Counted from the stretch's first letter, positions 39,101 through 47,766 are shown. The stretch is 63,751 nucleotides of DNA from Lewinellaceae bacterium (GCA_024639065.1 JAHEJC010000001.1:1-63751), one strand, 5' to 3'. Translations and numbers: made by a program. Notes: generated by a model from the sequence alone, not told the origin.

Positions 39101-39510
39101 TGATGTTTTTCAACAATAGAATCAAAAAGATCTTGGAACGCATATATAATATCCCTTAAATCTTCCGGATCCAATTTTCTGGATAATTCGGTTGATCCTA
39201 CCAGATCAATAAACATAACCGTTAATTGACGACGTTCAGCGCTTACTTGTCTATTTTCTCTTGGTTTATCAGTCCTGGGAAGCATTTCATTGGATTGGTC
39301 GGCATTCGTTAATGGGTCCGTTGAACCGATCCAGATCAACATGGATCCATCTTCCTCCCGAGCCACCTTGTGTATCGCTACTAATTCATACTTAATATCA
39401 TCCAGAAAATCATCATCGATATCAAACTGCCTTTTAAGGGCTCTATAGGATACCTTTCCATGCTTTTTTAATATTGCTGATGATTGAGATAATATTTCCT
39501 CGAAAGTCAT
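36112..39510 (-). CDS. Class III nucleotidyl cyclase fused to a STAND (AAA_16) ATPase and a C-terminal TPR array
   Basis: 1132 aa. The cyclase core spans aa ~95-275 (LTVMFIDLVGSTELS, HLGDGIMAYFG, RIGVHTGLVVVG, APNLAARIQ). It has Walker A GEAGIGKSRL and Walker B LILFEDFQWAD, followed by about 450 aa of TPR-like helical repeats. Confidence 0.88.
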   Translation of the reverse strand: MTFEEILSQSSAILKKHGKVSYRALKRQFDIDDDFLDDIKYELVAIHKVAREEDGSMLIWIGSTDPLTNADQSNEMLPRTDKPRENRQVSAERRQLTVMFIDLVGSTELSRKLDPEDLRDIIYAFQDLFDSIVEKHQGLVVQHLGDGIMAYFGYPIAHEDDPQRAILSGLRMMAALLELNEELSKEKKVSLQVRIGVHTGLVVVGATGGKTHSEMLALGEAPNLAARIQGLADPNTLWISAETNKLLRGQFKTTSQGKFKMKGFSEELELYTVQGEKELSEIDIVPTEGLSTFVGREVERTQILERWDRARDSMGQIVLISGEAGIGKSRLVQSLVKEMLVEDIPFLVFKCSPFNRNTTLNPVINTLRSEIKLERNEAPEISLQKLETFIKEEQLDLKHDLPLYANLLSISLLNKYEVIKTSSGRLKALTFISLIKWLKGDQRPELILFEDFQWADPSTLELFENFFPEIPSTSIMLIGTFRPEFTPYWEAGPHQMHIVLNRLTRSQTESMIKQLAGVLPEVVINDILKKTDGNPLFVEEVTKLLLESGVLTLSEAGYQLTSSLKALSIPSTLQDSLMARLDRLGAAKEIAQLGATIGREFAYILVKAISKLEDGLLIERLKKLVSAEMLLENGKVPNMMYTFKHALIQEAAYSSLLKKRRQEFHQRIVETLEIDFPELMKTNPELMAHHCSEGGLLEKAIPYWRRAGELAVSKSAHQEAIIHLNEGLHILHQLPVTNKRIEDEILFQITLGVPLTALRGYGSEEVEKAYSRARTLCSKLGNTMQLIPTLYGLWRYYLLTAQYGEARFLSTEILKLSQQSSEPLHKAIGNRASGSTHFYLGELDDARMRLGAIIALKATPETRANTLLFDVVDAWVTARSYESWTLWLQGHVEKAFEQIKAAMDMANQLNHPFSMALSVSFATWLYQFYGDKEKTLKYAQDGLKIAKQNGFSFWIGWAEILEAWALDNDPFDDQYLNNMLAGLEHWKALGSRLGSSYFLYIIAETFFKHRKISDAWATLEQAKNFTYRTKEGWWEAEIYRLEGRLYEFGGPENFSLAETFYRKALDKASQQNAKSLELRAANNLAKLLTDSAKRNEGYLTLLEKIKWFEEGLETPDLQEAKLTLQGLSVIEN

Positions 39511-39630
39511 TACATAAAATTACGAACATTCAACTAAGCTATCAATAAATCCAAATATTGCTATTATCATTTTCTACAAAAACAATACTAAAATCAATCC
39601 TTTTAACTGATCACGCATAAAATTATTAGC

Positions 39631-40695
39631 TTATGCAGGAGAATAGAATTCAAAAGAAGGACCTACCATCGTTTTACTACCTTCTTTTATTGGAATCCGC
39701 ATAAGTTCAATTCCTTGATACTTGAGTTGGAACATTTGGCCAACTGCTTTCTGAATTAAATGTGGTTCGCCACTAAAAGCCCGCTCAAGCCTTCTTAATA
39801 ATTCGGTATATTTTTCATTGAAAGCGTTCATTTTATTACGAATTGGAATGCTCTTAGCAAATTTTACTTTAGGATTCTTTTGCATTTGGTGAACTTCACG
39901 CCATTGCACATCAAACAATGCACCTGAGGGTCCGGAAATTGGTGTATCTTCTCGAACATATTTTTGCCCTAATAATATTTCATTAAAACGAAAATAATGT
40001 GCTGGTTCTGGTGGTTGGCCAAAGTGTTCATCCCCGTCAAATACTGATCCAGTTCCTATTTTATCCGGCACTTTACCTTCACCTTGTTCTGAAATCTCCC
40101 TAACAGCAAATTGCGCTTTTTCCAAACTATCAATGGTGAAAACAAATCCTCCACCTCCATAGTAGTGTTGCGGAGTTACCTGACAGTGACTTTTCCCCTT
40201 GAATACTTTCTTCTCGCCATGTTCGCAAACAAGGTATTCAAGTCCTTCTGCAACCGCATCATACAATTGCGCGATCGTATGATAATGATGTGCTCTTGCC
40301 GGAGATCCAGATTTTTTCGGTTCCTCTATGTCCATAAATGTATGGATAGCCTTTTTAGAAAAGCGTTCAAGGGAAACTTTAAAGTGATCACCACTATGTG
40401 GCATGCGACAAGGATATTTAGGTATAAAGCCCGGTCTATCAATTTCCGGATGTATACCCACCGCATTCATCAGATTGGCTACTAATGTCATATGCAGCAT
40501 TTCTTCCATAACCACGCTTTGAATGGCTTCTATTGCCTCTGGATTTGTCCCTTCTTTAATGGACCATAATGCGCACAAATAAGGAGGTATGGTAAAGTGT
40601 TCTACCTCAATTGCCCATTGAAGATGTTCATAAAGGCTCTTGAAAGTATGAATTTGGGGACGACGGTTTTTCCTTTTTTTTGTTTTACTAGCCAT
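39631..40695 (-). CDS. Ferritin-like domain protein (VioB/RebD-type ferritin-like family)
   Basis: The N-terminus LYEHLQWAIEVEHFTIPPYLCALWSIK...VVMEEMLHMTLVANLMNAVG matches my recollection of Pfam Ferritin-like PF12902 (iminophenyl-pyruvate dimer synthase domain). It has two ExxH motifs. The ATG at 40695 lies 2 nt after the GMC stop; the ORF track uses the TTG at 40701. Confidence 0.7.
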   Translation of the reverse strand: MASKTKKRKNRRPQIHTFKSLYEHLQWAIEVEHFTIPPYLCALWSIKEGTNPEAIEAIQSVVMEEMLHMTLVANLMNAVGIHPEIDRPGFIPKYPCRMPHSGDHFKVSLERFSKKAIHTFMDIEEPKKSGSPARAHHYHTIAQLYDAVAEGLEYLVCEHGEKKVFKGKSHCQVTPQHYYGGGGFVFTIDSLEKAQFAVREISEQGEGKVPDKIGTGSVFDGDEHFGQPPEPAHYFRFNEILLGQKYVREDTPISGPSGALFDVQWREVHQMQKNPKVKFAKSIPIRNKMNAFNEKYTELLRRLERAFSGEPHLIQKAVGQMFQLKYQGIELMRIPIKEGSKTMVGPSFEFYSPA

Positions 40696-40697
40696 AA

Positions 40698-42575
40698 TCA
40701 AATTTTTCTAAGGTGTTTGAGAATATGATCACCGGCTTGTAAAGTCAATGCGGCCATTGTCAGTGTAGGATTTGACGTGCCAATTGTGGGCATACTTCCG
40801 CATCCAATCAAATACAAATTTTTATGATCCCAGCATTGTTGTTTTGTATTTACAACTGAATCTTTCCTTGAGGAACCCATGCGGTGTGTACCCACAATAT
40901 GACCAGAACCATGGTAGGTGTACCCCTTTCCCTGGTATTCAATATACCCCGGATCTGCCGGGCTGTAGGCTGTGTAATCTGCGGCTCCCATTCGTCGCAT
41001 TACTTGATCAGAAAAAGCCTTGGCTACGGCAATTCCTGCTTTTTCATACTCCGACAGATCATAGTAAATCACCGGCCTGTAATTACCTAATGCATCTGTA
41101 TATTTTGGATCAATAATTACTCGGTTGGTAGACTGTGGAAGTTGTTCAATCAAAAATCCAAATCGAAACTGTGGTTGCACGTCATTATACAAAGTCCTCC
41201 TAAGTTTTTTACCAAACATATTGTTCTGATCTACCCTATTTTCTACGTTGGACCAAGGCGCTATGGTCGGAAAAATCCAACCCCAGTTTCCTATATCGGT
41301 TCGCCATGCTGAATGTCTGCTTCTGAACCTCCCATCACGAAATGACGGAATCCCTGAAGAAGAAAAAGGTCCTCTAAAAGGGCCTACCGGATCTGGCATC
41401 AATCCCCAGGTTAGTACATAAGGATGGTCCATTAGGTTACATCCCAATTGACCGCTGGATCGGCCAGCACGTGAAGCCAACATTAATTTGGCATTTTCGA
41501 TCGGACTGGCAGCTAAGACATAAAGCTTACCTGATACTTTCTTTTCCTTAACGCCATTCAAATCACCTGGTCTAACGTATTGCTTATAGCTTATGCTCTG
41601 GATTTTTCCATTTGAGTCATAATTTAGTTTGGATACTACACTTTGGGATTGTAATCGGACCGAACTGTGTTTCACAGAGAGTATATTGCTTAATGTTTTC
41701 AACGCGGTATACTTAGCTTGTACCGGACAAATGGGTATACAATTTGAATTTCCTTCACATCGTTCTCCTTCATGCATTTTACCTACCGCACCTTGTGGGC
41801 GATAACGATAACCGGTTCTCGGATCATTATAATCATTGTTCGGATCAGAGTTACGTCCCTGTGGTATACTTACTACATCTATATCAATGGAATCATCTCC
41901 ATCTTGAAATTTCATACCTTTTAATCCCTTGGAAATATATTTGTCCAAATAAGTTGGAGGAATTTTGTGCATTGGGAAAAGGTATTTTCCTTTGTTTTTT
42001 TTCCCTTTCTGTGCATAGCCTTTAGGATATTCAAAGTCACCGAAAAAATGTTTATCCGTTCCGGGATAACGCAGGTCGTTTACGTCAGCAGCCACCCCAA
42101 TTTCTAATTCAGCTTCCTCATAATATCCCTTAAGGTCCCAATAGTTTATGGGCCAATCAACTCCATACCCATAGGCACTTTTCATGCAAAAATCATTTGG
42201 GAGCATACGTAGACAAATGCCTAACCAATGTAATGTTGTACCACCTAATGATCTAGTATTTGTACTAGCAAAAGGCAAGGGCCCATATTGAACAAAATAA
42301 CCTGATGTTTCCGGATTTGGAGGATTTATTTTAGCTATATCCAATACGTTAGACTGCGGTGCAAAAGAATTATTAGTGTAAGGAGAATTAGGTACTTTGG
42401 CTTGCTGTGTATAAAAATGATCAACATAATCCTTATAGGTCGATGGATTAAGTCCTGCATCTAATCCAGCTTCCAGGATTAAGACTTTTTTTTTCTTTTT
42501 AGCCAATTTATTCGCAAGAAGGGCACCTGAAATACCTCCTCCAACTATAACTACATCATACGTTTCTTCCGGCAT
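40698..42575 (-). CDS. GMC family FAD-dependent oxidoreductase (enlarged, 625 aa)
   Basis: YDVVIVGGGISGALLA...LILEAG (FAD-binding), CEGNSNCIPICPVQAKY, and the C-terminal GMC block HIVGTHRMG...NPTLTMAALTL. Confidence 0.88.
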   Translation of the reverse strand: MPEETYDVVIVGGGISGALLANKLAKKKKKVLILEAGLDAGLNPSTYKDYVDHFYTQQAKVPNSPYTNNSFAPQSNVLDIAKINPPNPETSGYFVQYGPLPFASTNTRSLGGTTLHWLGICLRMLPNDFCMKSAYGYGVDWPINYWDLKGYYEEAELEIGVAADVNDLRYPGTDKHFFGDFEYPKGYAQKGKKNKGKYLFPMHKIPPTYLDKYISKGLKGMKFQDGDDSIDIDVVSIPQGRNSDPNNDYNDPRTGYRYRPQGAVGKMHEGERCEGNSNCIPICPVQAKYTALKTLSNILSVKHSSVRLQSQSVVSKLNYDSNGKIQSISYKQYVRPGDLNGVKEKKVSGKLYVLAASPIENAKLMLASRAGRSSGQLGCNLMDHPYVLTWGLMPDPVGPFRGPFSSSGIPSFRDGRFRSRHSAWRTDIGNWGWIFPTIAPWSNVENRVDQNNMFGKKLRRTLYNDVQPQFRFGFLIEQLPQSTNRVIIDPKYTDALGNYRPVIYYDLSEYEKAGIAVAKAFSDQVMRRMGAADYTAYSPADPGYIEYQGKGYTYHGSGHIVGTHRMGSSRKDSVVNTKQQCWDHKNLYLIGCGSMPTIGTSNPTLTMAALTLQAGDHILKHLRKI

Positions 42576-42606
42576 GGTATCAGATTTAGAAAATTATAAA
42601 CAAATA

Positions 42607-43086
42607 TTAATCTATGTCAGGAGGTTTCGGTGGGCTACTCCAGGTGCCAAATCCAGGTTGTTTTGCGCCCATTGGATGTGCTCCAATGGCTTCCCAAACC
42701 AATCCTTCCTTATAAGAATCGCCAGACAATATATGACTTACATCTTTGGAGGTTGTTCCATAAGTTACTCGATAATGAGCTGGTAGTTCATCCCATTGGC
42801 CTAAGTACCAAAGTTTAATCAGATTCCTGACCAAAGGTCCGAATTTATTATCGCTCAATAACTCAACTCTTATAGCCTTTTCCAACTTCTCCTCGTTTGA
42901 TTTATGGCGTTTAAGTAATTTTGAGGATTTCTGCCACAACTCATCTGAAATCGATTTTCCTACAATAGAGCAAAAGGAAGTAAAGTAATCCCAAGCAACG
43001 CCTGTTCCCAACAGGTCAACACGCTGATATCCAGTTATAACAGCTGATAACTGTAAGAAAGATTCATAATCATCCTTTGTTTTCAT
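42607..43086 (-). CDS. Sugar-dehydrogenase-complex small-subunit-like protein (FAD-SLDH family), no signal peptide
   Basis: 159 aa. FLQLSAVITGYQRVDL, LIKLWYLGQW and GLVWEAIGAHPMGAKQPGFGTWSSPP resemble the small subunit that pairs with GMC flavoproteins (Pfam FAD-SLDH, PF12318, from memory). The N-terminus MKTKDDYESF has no Tat or Sec signal. Confidence 0.6.
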   Translation of the reverse strand: MKTKDDYESFLQLSAVITGYQRVDLLGTGVAWDYFTSFCSIVGKSISDELWQKSSKLLKRHKSNEEKLEKAIRVELLSDNKFGPLVRNLIKLWYLGQWDELPAHYRVTYGTTSKDVSHILSGDSYKEGLVWEAIGAHPMGAKQPGFGTWSSPPKPPDID

Positions 43087-43095
43087 GTGCTTAAA

Positions 43096-43989
43096 TTAAG
43101 GGTAATAGGCTCTGGCTTCAGCAATAACCGGAGGTGTTTGTACAACTTGAGTTGCCAATGCCCGGGAATTGATTTTTCCTTCTTTGGTAACGCCCAGTAA
43201 ATAGGCAATATCTTTAGAGGCACGTGCTTTATTACTTTTACCAATTTTCATGACAACCTTCTTGGCTTCTGAACTATTCAGTTTGTAATAATTCACGATT
43301 CCAAATAAATTCCGTCGGGAACCGATCAGGCGATCATTAAGTGTGCTGTAATCAATGATTGCCGCTGGATTGGCAGGCTCAGGTATGACCTTATGGAAAT
43401 CAGCATCCACGCTCATAATAAGTTTATTAGAGAGGTCTGTTATCTTGTAGTTCCATGTCTTTTGATTTGGTAAATTCAATGAGGGCACGGTGTAATTAAA
43501 ATTGGCAAAGAATTTGTTTTCACCAAACAATGCTTTTCCTGCAGCTATGGCAAATCGATTACCACAAGCTACATGTAAACGATAATGTCCAATTATTTTT
43601 GTTTGATCTTCACCTTTCAAAAAGCACGCTGCTGATATTTTTGGCACATCGCTTCTTCGACTGGACGGATAAGCTACGATATTGAATTCAAGTTCGTCAG
43701 TCTGAGCAAGTCCATTACCATTATGCGCAGTATAATTCTGAAAATTAAAATTAATCAAACCCTTTTTATCAAAAATTGCTGGACTCAATCCGGTTCCTCG
43801 TAACAAACGACGCAACTTTCGAGGATCGACTTCATAATAGATCCAAAAAGATGAAATCGAAGCATAATAGAAAGGAACAAAAATGGGTCCTCCGACTGTT
43901 GCCGGTTTTGAAGCTGGTGAGCCAGGTAGTTTTACTGTAATTGATGTAGGCTCATTGGGCATCTGCCTCGTTGATTTACATTCGGACAT
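43096..43989 (-). CDS. Hypothetical protein, first gene of the four-gene operon (possibly acetoacetate decarboxylase-like fold)
   Basis: 297-aa ORF, beta-rich, ending 9 nt before the next gene start. Its resemblance to ADC-like proteins is weak (FVPFYYASISSFWIYYEVDPRKLRRLL, AGKALFGENKF). Confidence 0.55.
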   Translation of the reverse strand: MSECKSTRQMPNEPTSITVKLPGSPASKPATVGGPIFVPFYYASISSFWIYYEVDPRKLRRLLRGTGLSPAIFDKKGLINFNFQNYTAHNGNGLAQTDELEFNIVAYPSSRRSDVPKISAACFLKGEDQTKIIGHYRLHVACGNRFAIAAGKALFGENKFFANFNYTVPSLNLPNQKTWNYKITDLSNKLIMSVDADFHKVIPEPANPAAIIDYSTLNDRLIGSRRNLFGIVNYYKLNSSEAKKVVMKIGKSNKARASKDIAYLLGVTKEGKINSRALATQVVQTPPVIAEARAYYP

Positions 43990-44222
43990 ATTAAATGGAT
44001 TTATGTGGTTATCAAATGTTTTTCATTTTGGAGTACTTATCCACACGGAAAGTAGTATCTCTTAAATATAGTGATTATAAAACTAAACACAAACTATAAG
44101 TTAAGATTAGACTTAACCTTAGACCAGTCAACTAGTTATTCCCCTAAATAGCAAAATTCTATTAGCGGATAAGTCTCATAGTTGAGCCCTTACCCAAGTG
44201 TTTATTTAAAAAAAATGATGGT

Positions 44223-45320
44223 TCAGTCTTTCAGAGGTACCATATCTACCACTTCTAGACCATATCCCTCCAGACCTATTCGCTTTCTGGAGTGCCGGGT
44301 GATCAGTTTAATCTTTTTTGCATTTAATGCTCTCAAAATCTGAGCTCCGATTCCTATATCCCTTTGTACTTCGCTTATAGTTCTGTCTGCAGAAATTGGA
44401 TTTCGCAGACGCTCTAGGATTGACTTTTCTTTTTCTCCATGACGCATATAGAGCATTATGCCCTCGCCTGCTTGGCTGATCAATTTGATACTTTGGTGTT
44501 GTACCCAACCATAATCTTCAAATAAAGTACCGAGAATATCATCAGTTTCCGAAGATGAATGTACTCTTACTAAAGTAGGTTTATCCGGTTGAATATCTCC
44601 TTTCACGAAAGCCAAATGAATATCTTCGGTGGTAATCTGCTTGAAGGCAACTATTTTAAATGTCCCATATTGAGAGTTATATTCCGTTTCAAACTCAGGA
44701 ATTACTATGCGCTCCTGAGCCATACGAAAGGCAATTAAATCTTCAATAGATATAATTTTTAAATTATGTTTTGAGGCAATTTCCAATAATTGAGGTAGTC
44801 TTGCCATGGTGCCGTCCTCGTTTAATATTTCCACCAATACACCAGCTGGTGAAAATCCAGCTAGCTTGGCCAGGTCAATAGTGGCTTCTGTATGTCCTGA
44901 TCTTCTAAGTACGCCACCGGATTTTGCTCTTAGAGGGAATATATGACCCGGCCTGGCAAGATCAGCTGATATTATTTCAGGATTAACCAATGCTTGAATA
45001 GCTTTTGCCCGATCATGTGCAGATATTCCCGTGGTACATCCATGTCCTATTAAATCAATCGAAACGGTAAATGCAGTTTCATGAAGTGCTGTATTTTTGT
45101 TTACCATAAGTGGTAAGTCTAGTTCATCTGCTCGCTTTTCATCCAGTGGAGTACAGATGAGACCGCGACCATGGGTAGCCATAAAATTTATAATCTCAGG
45201 CGTTATACATTCAGCAGCACAAACAAAATCACCTTCATTCTCTCTGTCTTGATCATCAACAACAATTACGACCTGACCTTGCCGGATAGACTCTATCGCC
45301 TCTTCAATTTTATTGAGCAT
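44223..45320 (-). CDS. ribB: 3,4-dihydroxy-2-butanone-4-phosphate synthase with a degenerate GTP cyclohydrolase II-like C-terminal domain
   Basis: The N-terminal half is canonical RibB (VVDDQDRENEGDFV, RSGHTEATIDLAKLAG). The C-terminal half aligns to RibA but reads RVHSSSETDDILGTLFEDYGW where RibA has RVHSECLTGD...LRCDCG, so all three Zn-binding Cys are absent. I prefer the ATG at 45320 (MLNKIEEAI); the ORF track starts at 45353. Confidence 0.88.
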   Translation of the reverse strand: MLNKIEEAIESIRQGQVVIVVDDQDRENEGDFVCAAECITPEIINFMATHGRGLICTPLDEKRADELDLPLMVNKNTALHETAFTVSIDLIGHGCTTGISAHDRAKAIQALVNPEIISADLARPGHIFPLRAKSGGVLRRSGHTEATIDLAKLAGFSPAGVLVEILNEDGTMARLPQLLEIASKHNLKIISIEDLIAFRMAQERIVIPEFETEYNSQYGTFKIVAFKQITTEDIHLAFVKGDIQPDKPTLVRVHSSSETDDILGTLFEDYGWVQHQSIKLISQAGEGIMLYMRHGEKEKSILERLRNPISADRTISEVQRDIGIGAQILRALNAKKIKLITRHSRKRIGLEGYGLEVVDMVPLKD

Positions 45321-46509
45321 AGTCTTTGGTTCGTTTTCGGTTAAAGGCATCATATTCTGAAATTATAACTTTATGAATCCTGGCATTAAACAAATTCCAA
45401 TTGTATTGGTTGTACACAAATTCCTTGCTCTTTTCAGCCAAACGTAATCTGTGTGGTTGATCTCCCAGCAAAAGATTTATTTGGTCAGCGAACGATTGGG
45501 CATCATGACCCAAAAGTACATGATTTCCTGCAATAGCTTGCAAAGCATTATTAACTACTGGAGATATTATGCAAGGGACTTCTAAGGCCATCGCTTCTAA
45601 TACCTTATTTTGTAATCCAGCACCTTCGAATAAAGGGGCTACAAACAGCTTTCCCGATTGGTAGGCTTCCCTTATATCTGGTAACCATCCAGAGATAGTT
45701 ACCCTGGATGAGGCCAGCTTCTGAACTCGTCGATCCGGTCTGGCACCTGCAATCATCAAGTTTACATTTTCTGGTAATAGCGGCAAGATTTCTTTCACCA
45801 GAAAAATGGCAGCCTGAACATTGGGATAGTAACCCATATTACCAACAAAAACCAAATCAAATTTAGGAGTAATTTCTTTTATGGGTTGAAATAGGTTATG
45901 GTCCAATCCATTTGGCACTACATGAATTAGGCTCTTTGAATGAAAAGAAAATGCCCCTTTATCATGTTCAGAAATAATGAAATGATGATCAAAATCAAAA
46001 AAAACATCCCGCTCATATTGTTCAACCTTTTTGGTCTCCCATTGAAAAAACCATTTAGCAAACCATTTAGATTTTAAGGCTCTTCGTTTAGTGGACAAAG
46101 AAAAACAATCCATAAAATCAATCGATTTAGGATACGGAAGATGCCTAACGTATTCGGCGACCCGGATCAGTTGGCAATAGATATGGTCCGGATTCTCATG
46201 CAATATTAATGCATGTATTTTTTCTTTAAGCCGCCGATTAAAGAAGTAACTAACTTGAAGCGGTAGGCCGGATAGAAATCCACGCAATACTTGCCAAAAT
46301 ATTTGTGAATTGGATAAATATTGAATATATATTTGATCACAGTATTTTTCCAATTCACTTTTATCCTCAGCTTCCACCGGTTGATCCGAAAGCGCTATGA
46401 GCGTAATTTGATGGTGCTTACTTAAAAATTTTATCTGATTATAAACCCTTAGCTTATCACCTTTTTCAATAGGAAAGGGAAATCGAGGAGTGATGATCAA
46501 AAGTTTCAA
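45310..46509 (-). CDS. Glycosyltransferase family 4 (GT-B)
   Basis: 399 aa with the C-terminal GT1 motif PLFEGAGLQNKVLEAMALEVPCI. Confidence 0.85.
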   Translation of the reverse strand: MKLLIITPRFPFPIEKGDKLRVYNQIKFLSKHHQITLIALSDQPVEAEDKSELEKYCDQIYIQYLSNSQIFWQVLRGFLSGLPLQVSYFFNRRLKEKIHALILHENPDHIYCQLIRVAEYVRHLPYPKSIDFMDCFSLSTKRRALKSKWFAKWFFQWETKKVEQYERDVFFDFDHHFIISEHDKGAFSFHSKSLIHVVPNGLDHNLFQPIKEITPKFDLVFVGNMGYYPNVQAAIFLVKEILPLLPENVNLMIAGARPDRRVQKLASSRVTISGWLPDIREAYQSGKLFVAPLFEGAGLQNKVLEAMALEVPCIISPVVNNALQAIAGNHVLLGHDAQSFADQINLLLGDQPHRLRLAEKSKEFVYNQYNWNLFNARIHKVIISEYDAFNRKRTKDYAQ

Positions 46510-46539
46510 AATGAATCCTACTTTTAAAGTAGTTGCCTA

Positions 46540-47766
46540 TTAAACAATTTGCGAGTGGGGTTTGTGCTTGGGTATCTCTTCGACGTATTTATTGTAAAGC
46601 TCTTTGGCTATATCTTGATTGTCAAAATTGTAATCAATAAATGATTTTGCGTTCATTCCAATTTGCTCAATAAGATTGGGATTATTGAAGCATTTTGAAA
46701 TTTGAGCAACAAAATCTTCTGGTGAGTCTGCTACTAATACTTCTCGATCGTGAGTCGCATGAATCCCCTCAAGACCTAAAGTGGTAGTGATAACTACTTT
46801 TCCAAGCGCCATGCCTTCCAAAATTTTTACACGCATCCCACTGCCAGAAAATAATGGAACAACTAAAATCGGATTTTCCCGAATAAATTTGATGGCGTCA
46901 GAAACTTCGCCATGAATGATTACTTTGTTGGTTTGTAAATTAAATATTTCTTCGGGTGTATTTCTACCTGCAACATGTAATTTACAATTGGAAAACTTGC
47001 TCTCCAGTTTTGGCATTACTTCATTAATGAACCAAATTAATCCTTCTTGATTAGGTAACCAATCCAATGCGCCAATATAGGCCAAATCGAGTTGCCGATC
47101 ATTTTGATAATTTGGATTATAATTTTTTAAATTTAATCCAATTGGAGACATGATTGCTCCATTGTAGTATCCCATACCCCGATAAGTATCCAGATCTCGT
47201 TTGGTCAAAGTAATTAGCAGATCATATTGCTTCCATTGTTTTTCTTCAAATTTTCTCAATCGTTTAGTCAAGTGATTAAAGTACCATTTTTTAAAACCAA
47301 AAGGGAGATTGGAAGCCATCCTACCCCATATTTCATTTTCAATATTATGCGCACGCATTGCAACCAACGCGTTAGATTGTTTGCGAATCGTAGGTATGTA
47401 TGAAGTGAGGTATATAGATTCGATTTGAACTACATCAAACTTATCCTGCTGTAATATTGAAATTAACTTTTTTTCAAAATTTGAATTTATAAATCTGGCA
47501 ACTTGATAAGAATCCGGTTTAAACAAATATTTAAAAGCATCAATATAGGAAATATGATTATCAAGTTCTACGTGATGGATGTTTGTATAATGATCAAAAT
47601 CTTCAGGTAGTTTGCTGATATCAACATAATGCTTGGTGGTATTCATCGCCAGCAAAGAAATCTCACAACCCAAATCTCTCAAAGATTTACTGATGTATGT
47701 ATTTGCTATAGATTCTCCATCTTTTAATGGATAAGGAAACTTTTTACAAAGTTGAAGAATTTTCAT
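46540..47766 (-). CDS. Glycosyltransferase family 4 (GT-B)
   Basis: 408 aa with VPLFSGSGMRVKILEGMALGKVVITT. Confidence 0.85.
   Translation of the reverse strand: MKILQLCKKFPYPLKDGESIANTYISKSLRDLGCEISLLAMNTTKHYVDISKLPEDFDHYTNIHHVELDNHISYIDAFKYLFKPDSYQVARFINSNFEKKLISILQQDKFDVVQIESIYLTSYIPTIRKQSNALVAMRAHNIENEIWGRMASNLPFGFKKWYFNHLTKRLRKFEEKQWKQYDLLITLTKRDLDTYRGMGYYNGAIMSPIGLNLKNYNPNYQNDRQLDLAYIGALDWLPNQEGLIWFINEVMPKLESKFSNCKLHVAGRNTPEEIFNLQTNKVIIHGEVSDAIKFIRENPILVVPLFSGSGMRVKILEGMALGKVVITTTLGLEGIHATHDREVLVADSPEDFVAQISKCFNNPNLIEQIGMNAKSFIDYNFDNQDIAKELYNKYVEEIPKHKPHSQIV

Noticed and set aside
40111-41116. Plus-strand ORFs of 124, 114 and 68 aa inside the ferritin-like and GMC genes.
   Set aside because: They are antisense to ORFs with clear family motifs, and their translations are Cys/Arg/Phe-rich with no recognisable features.
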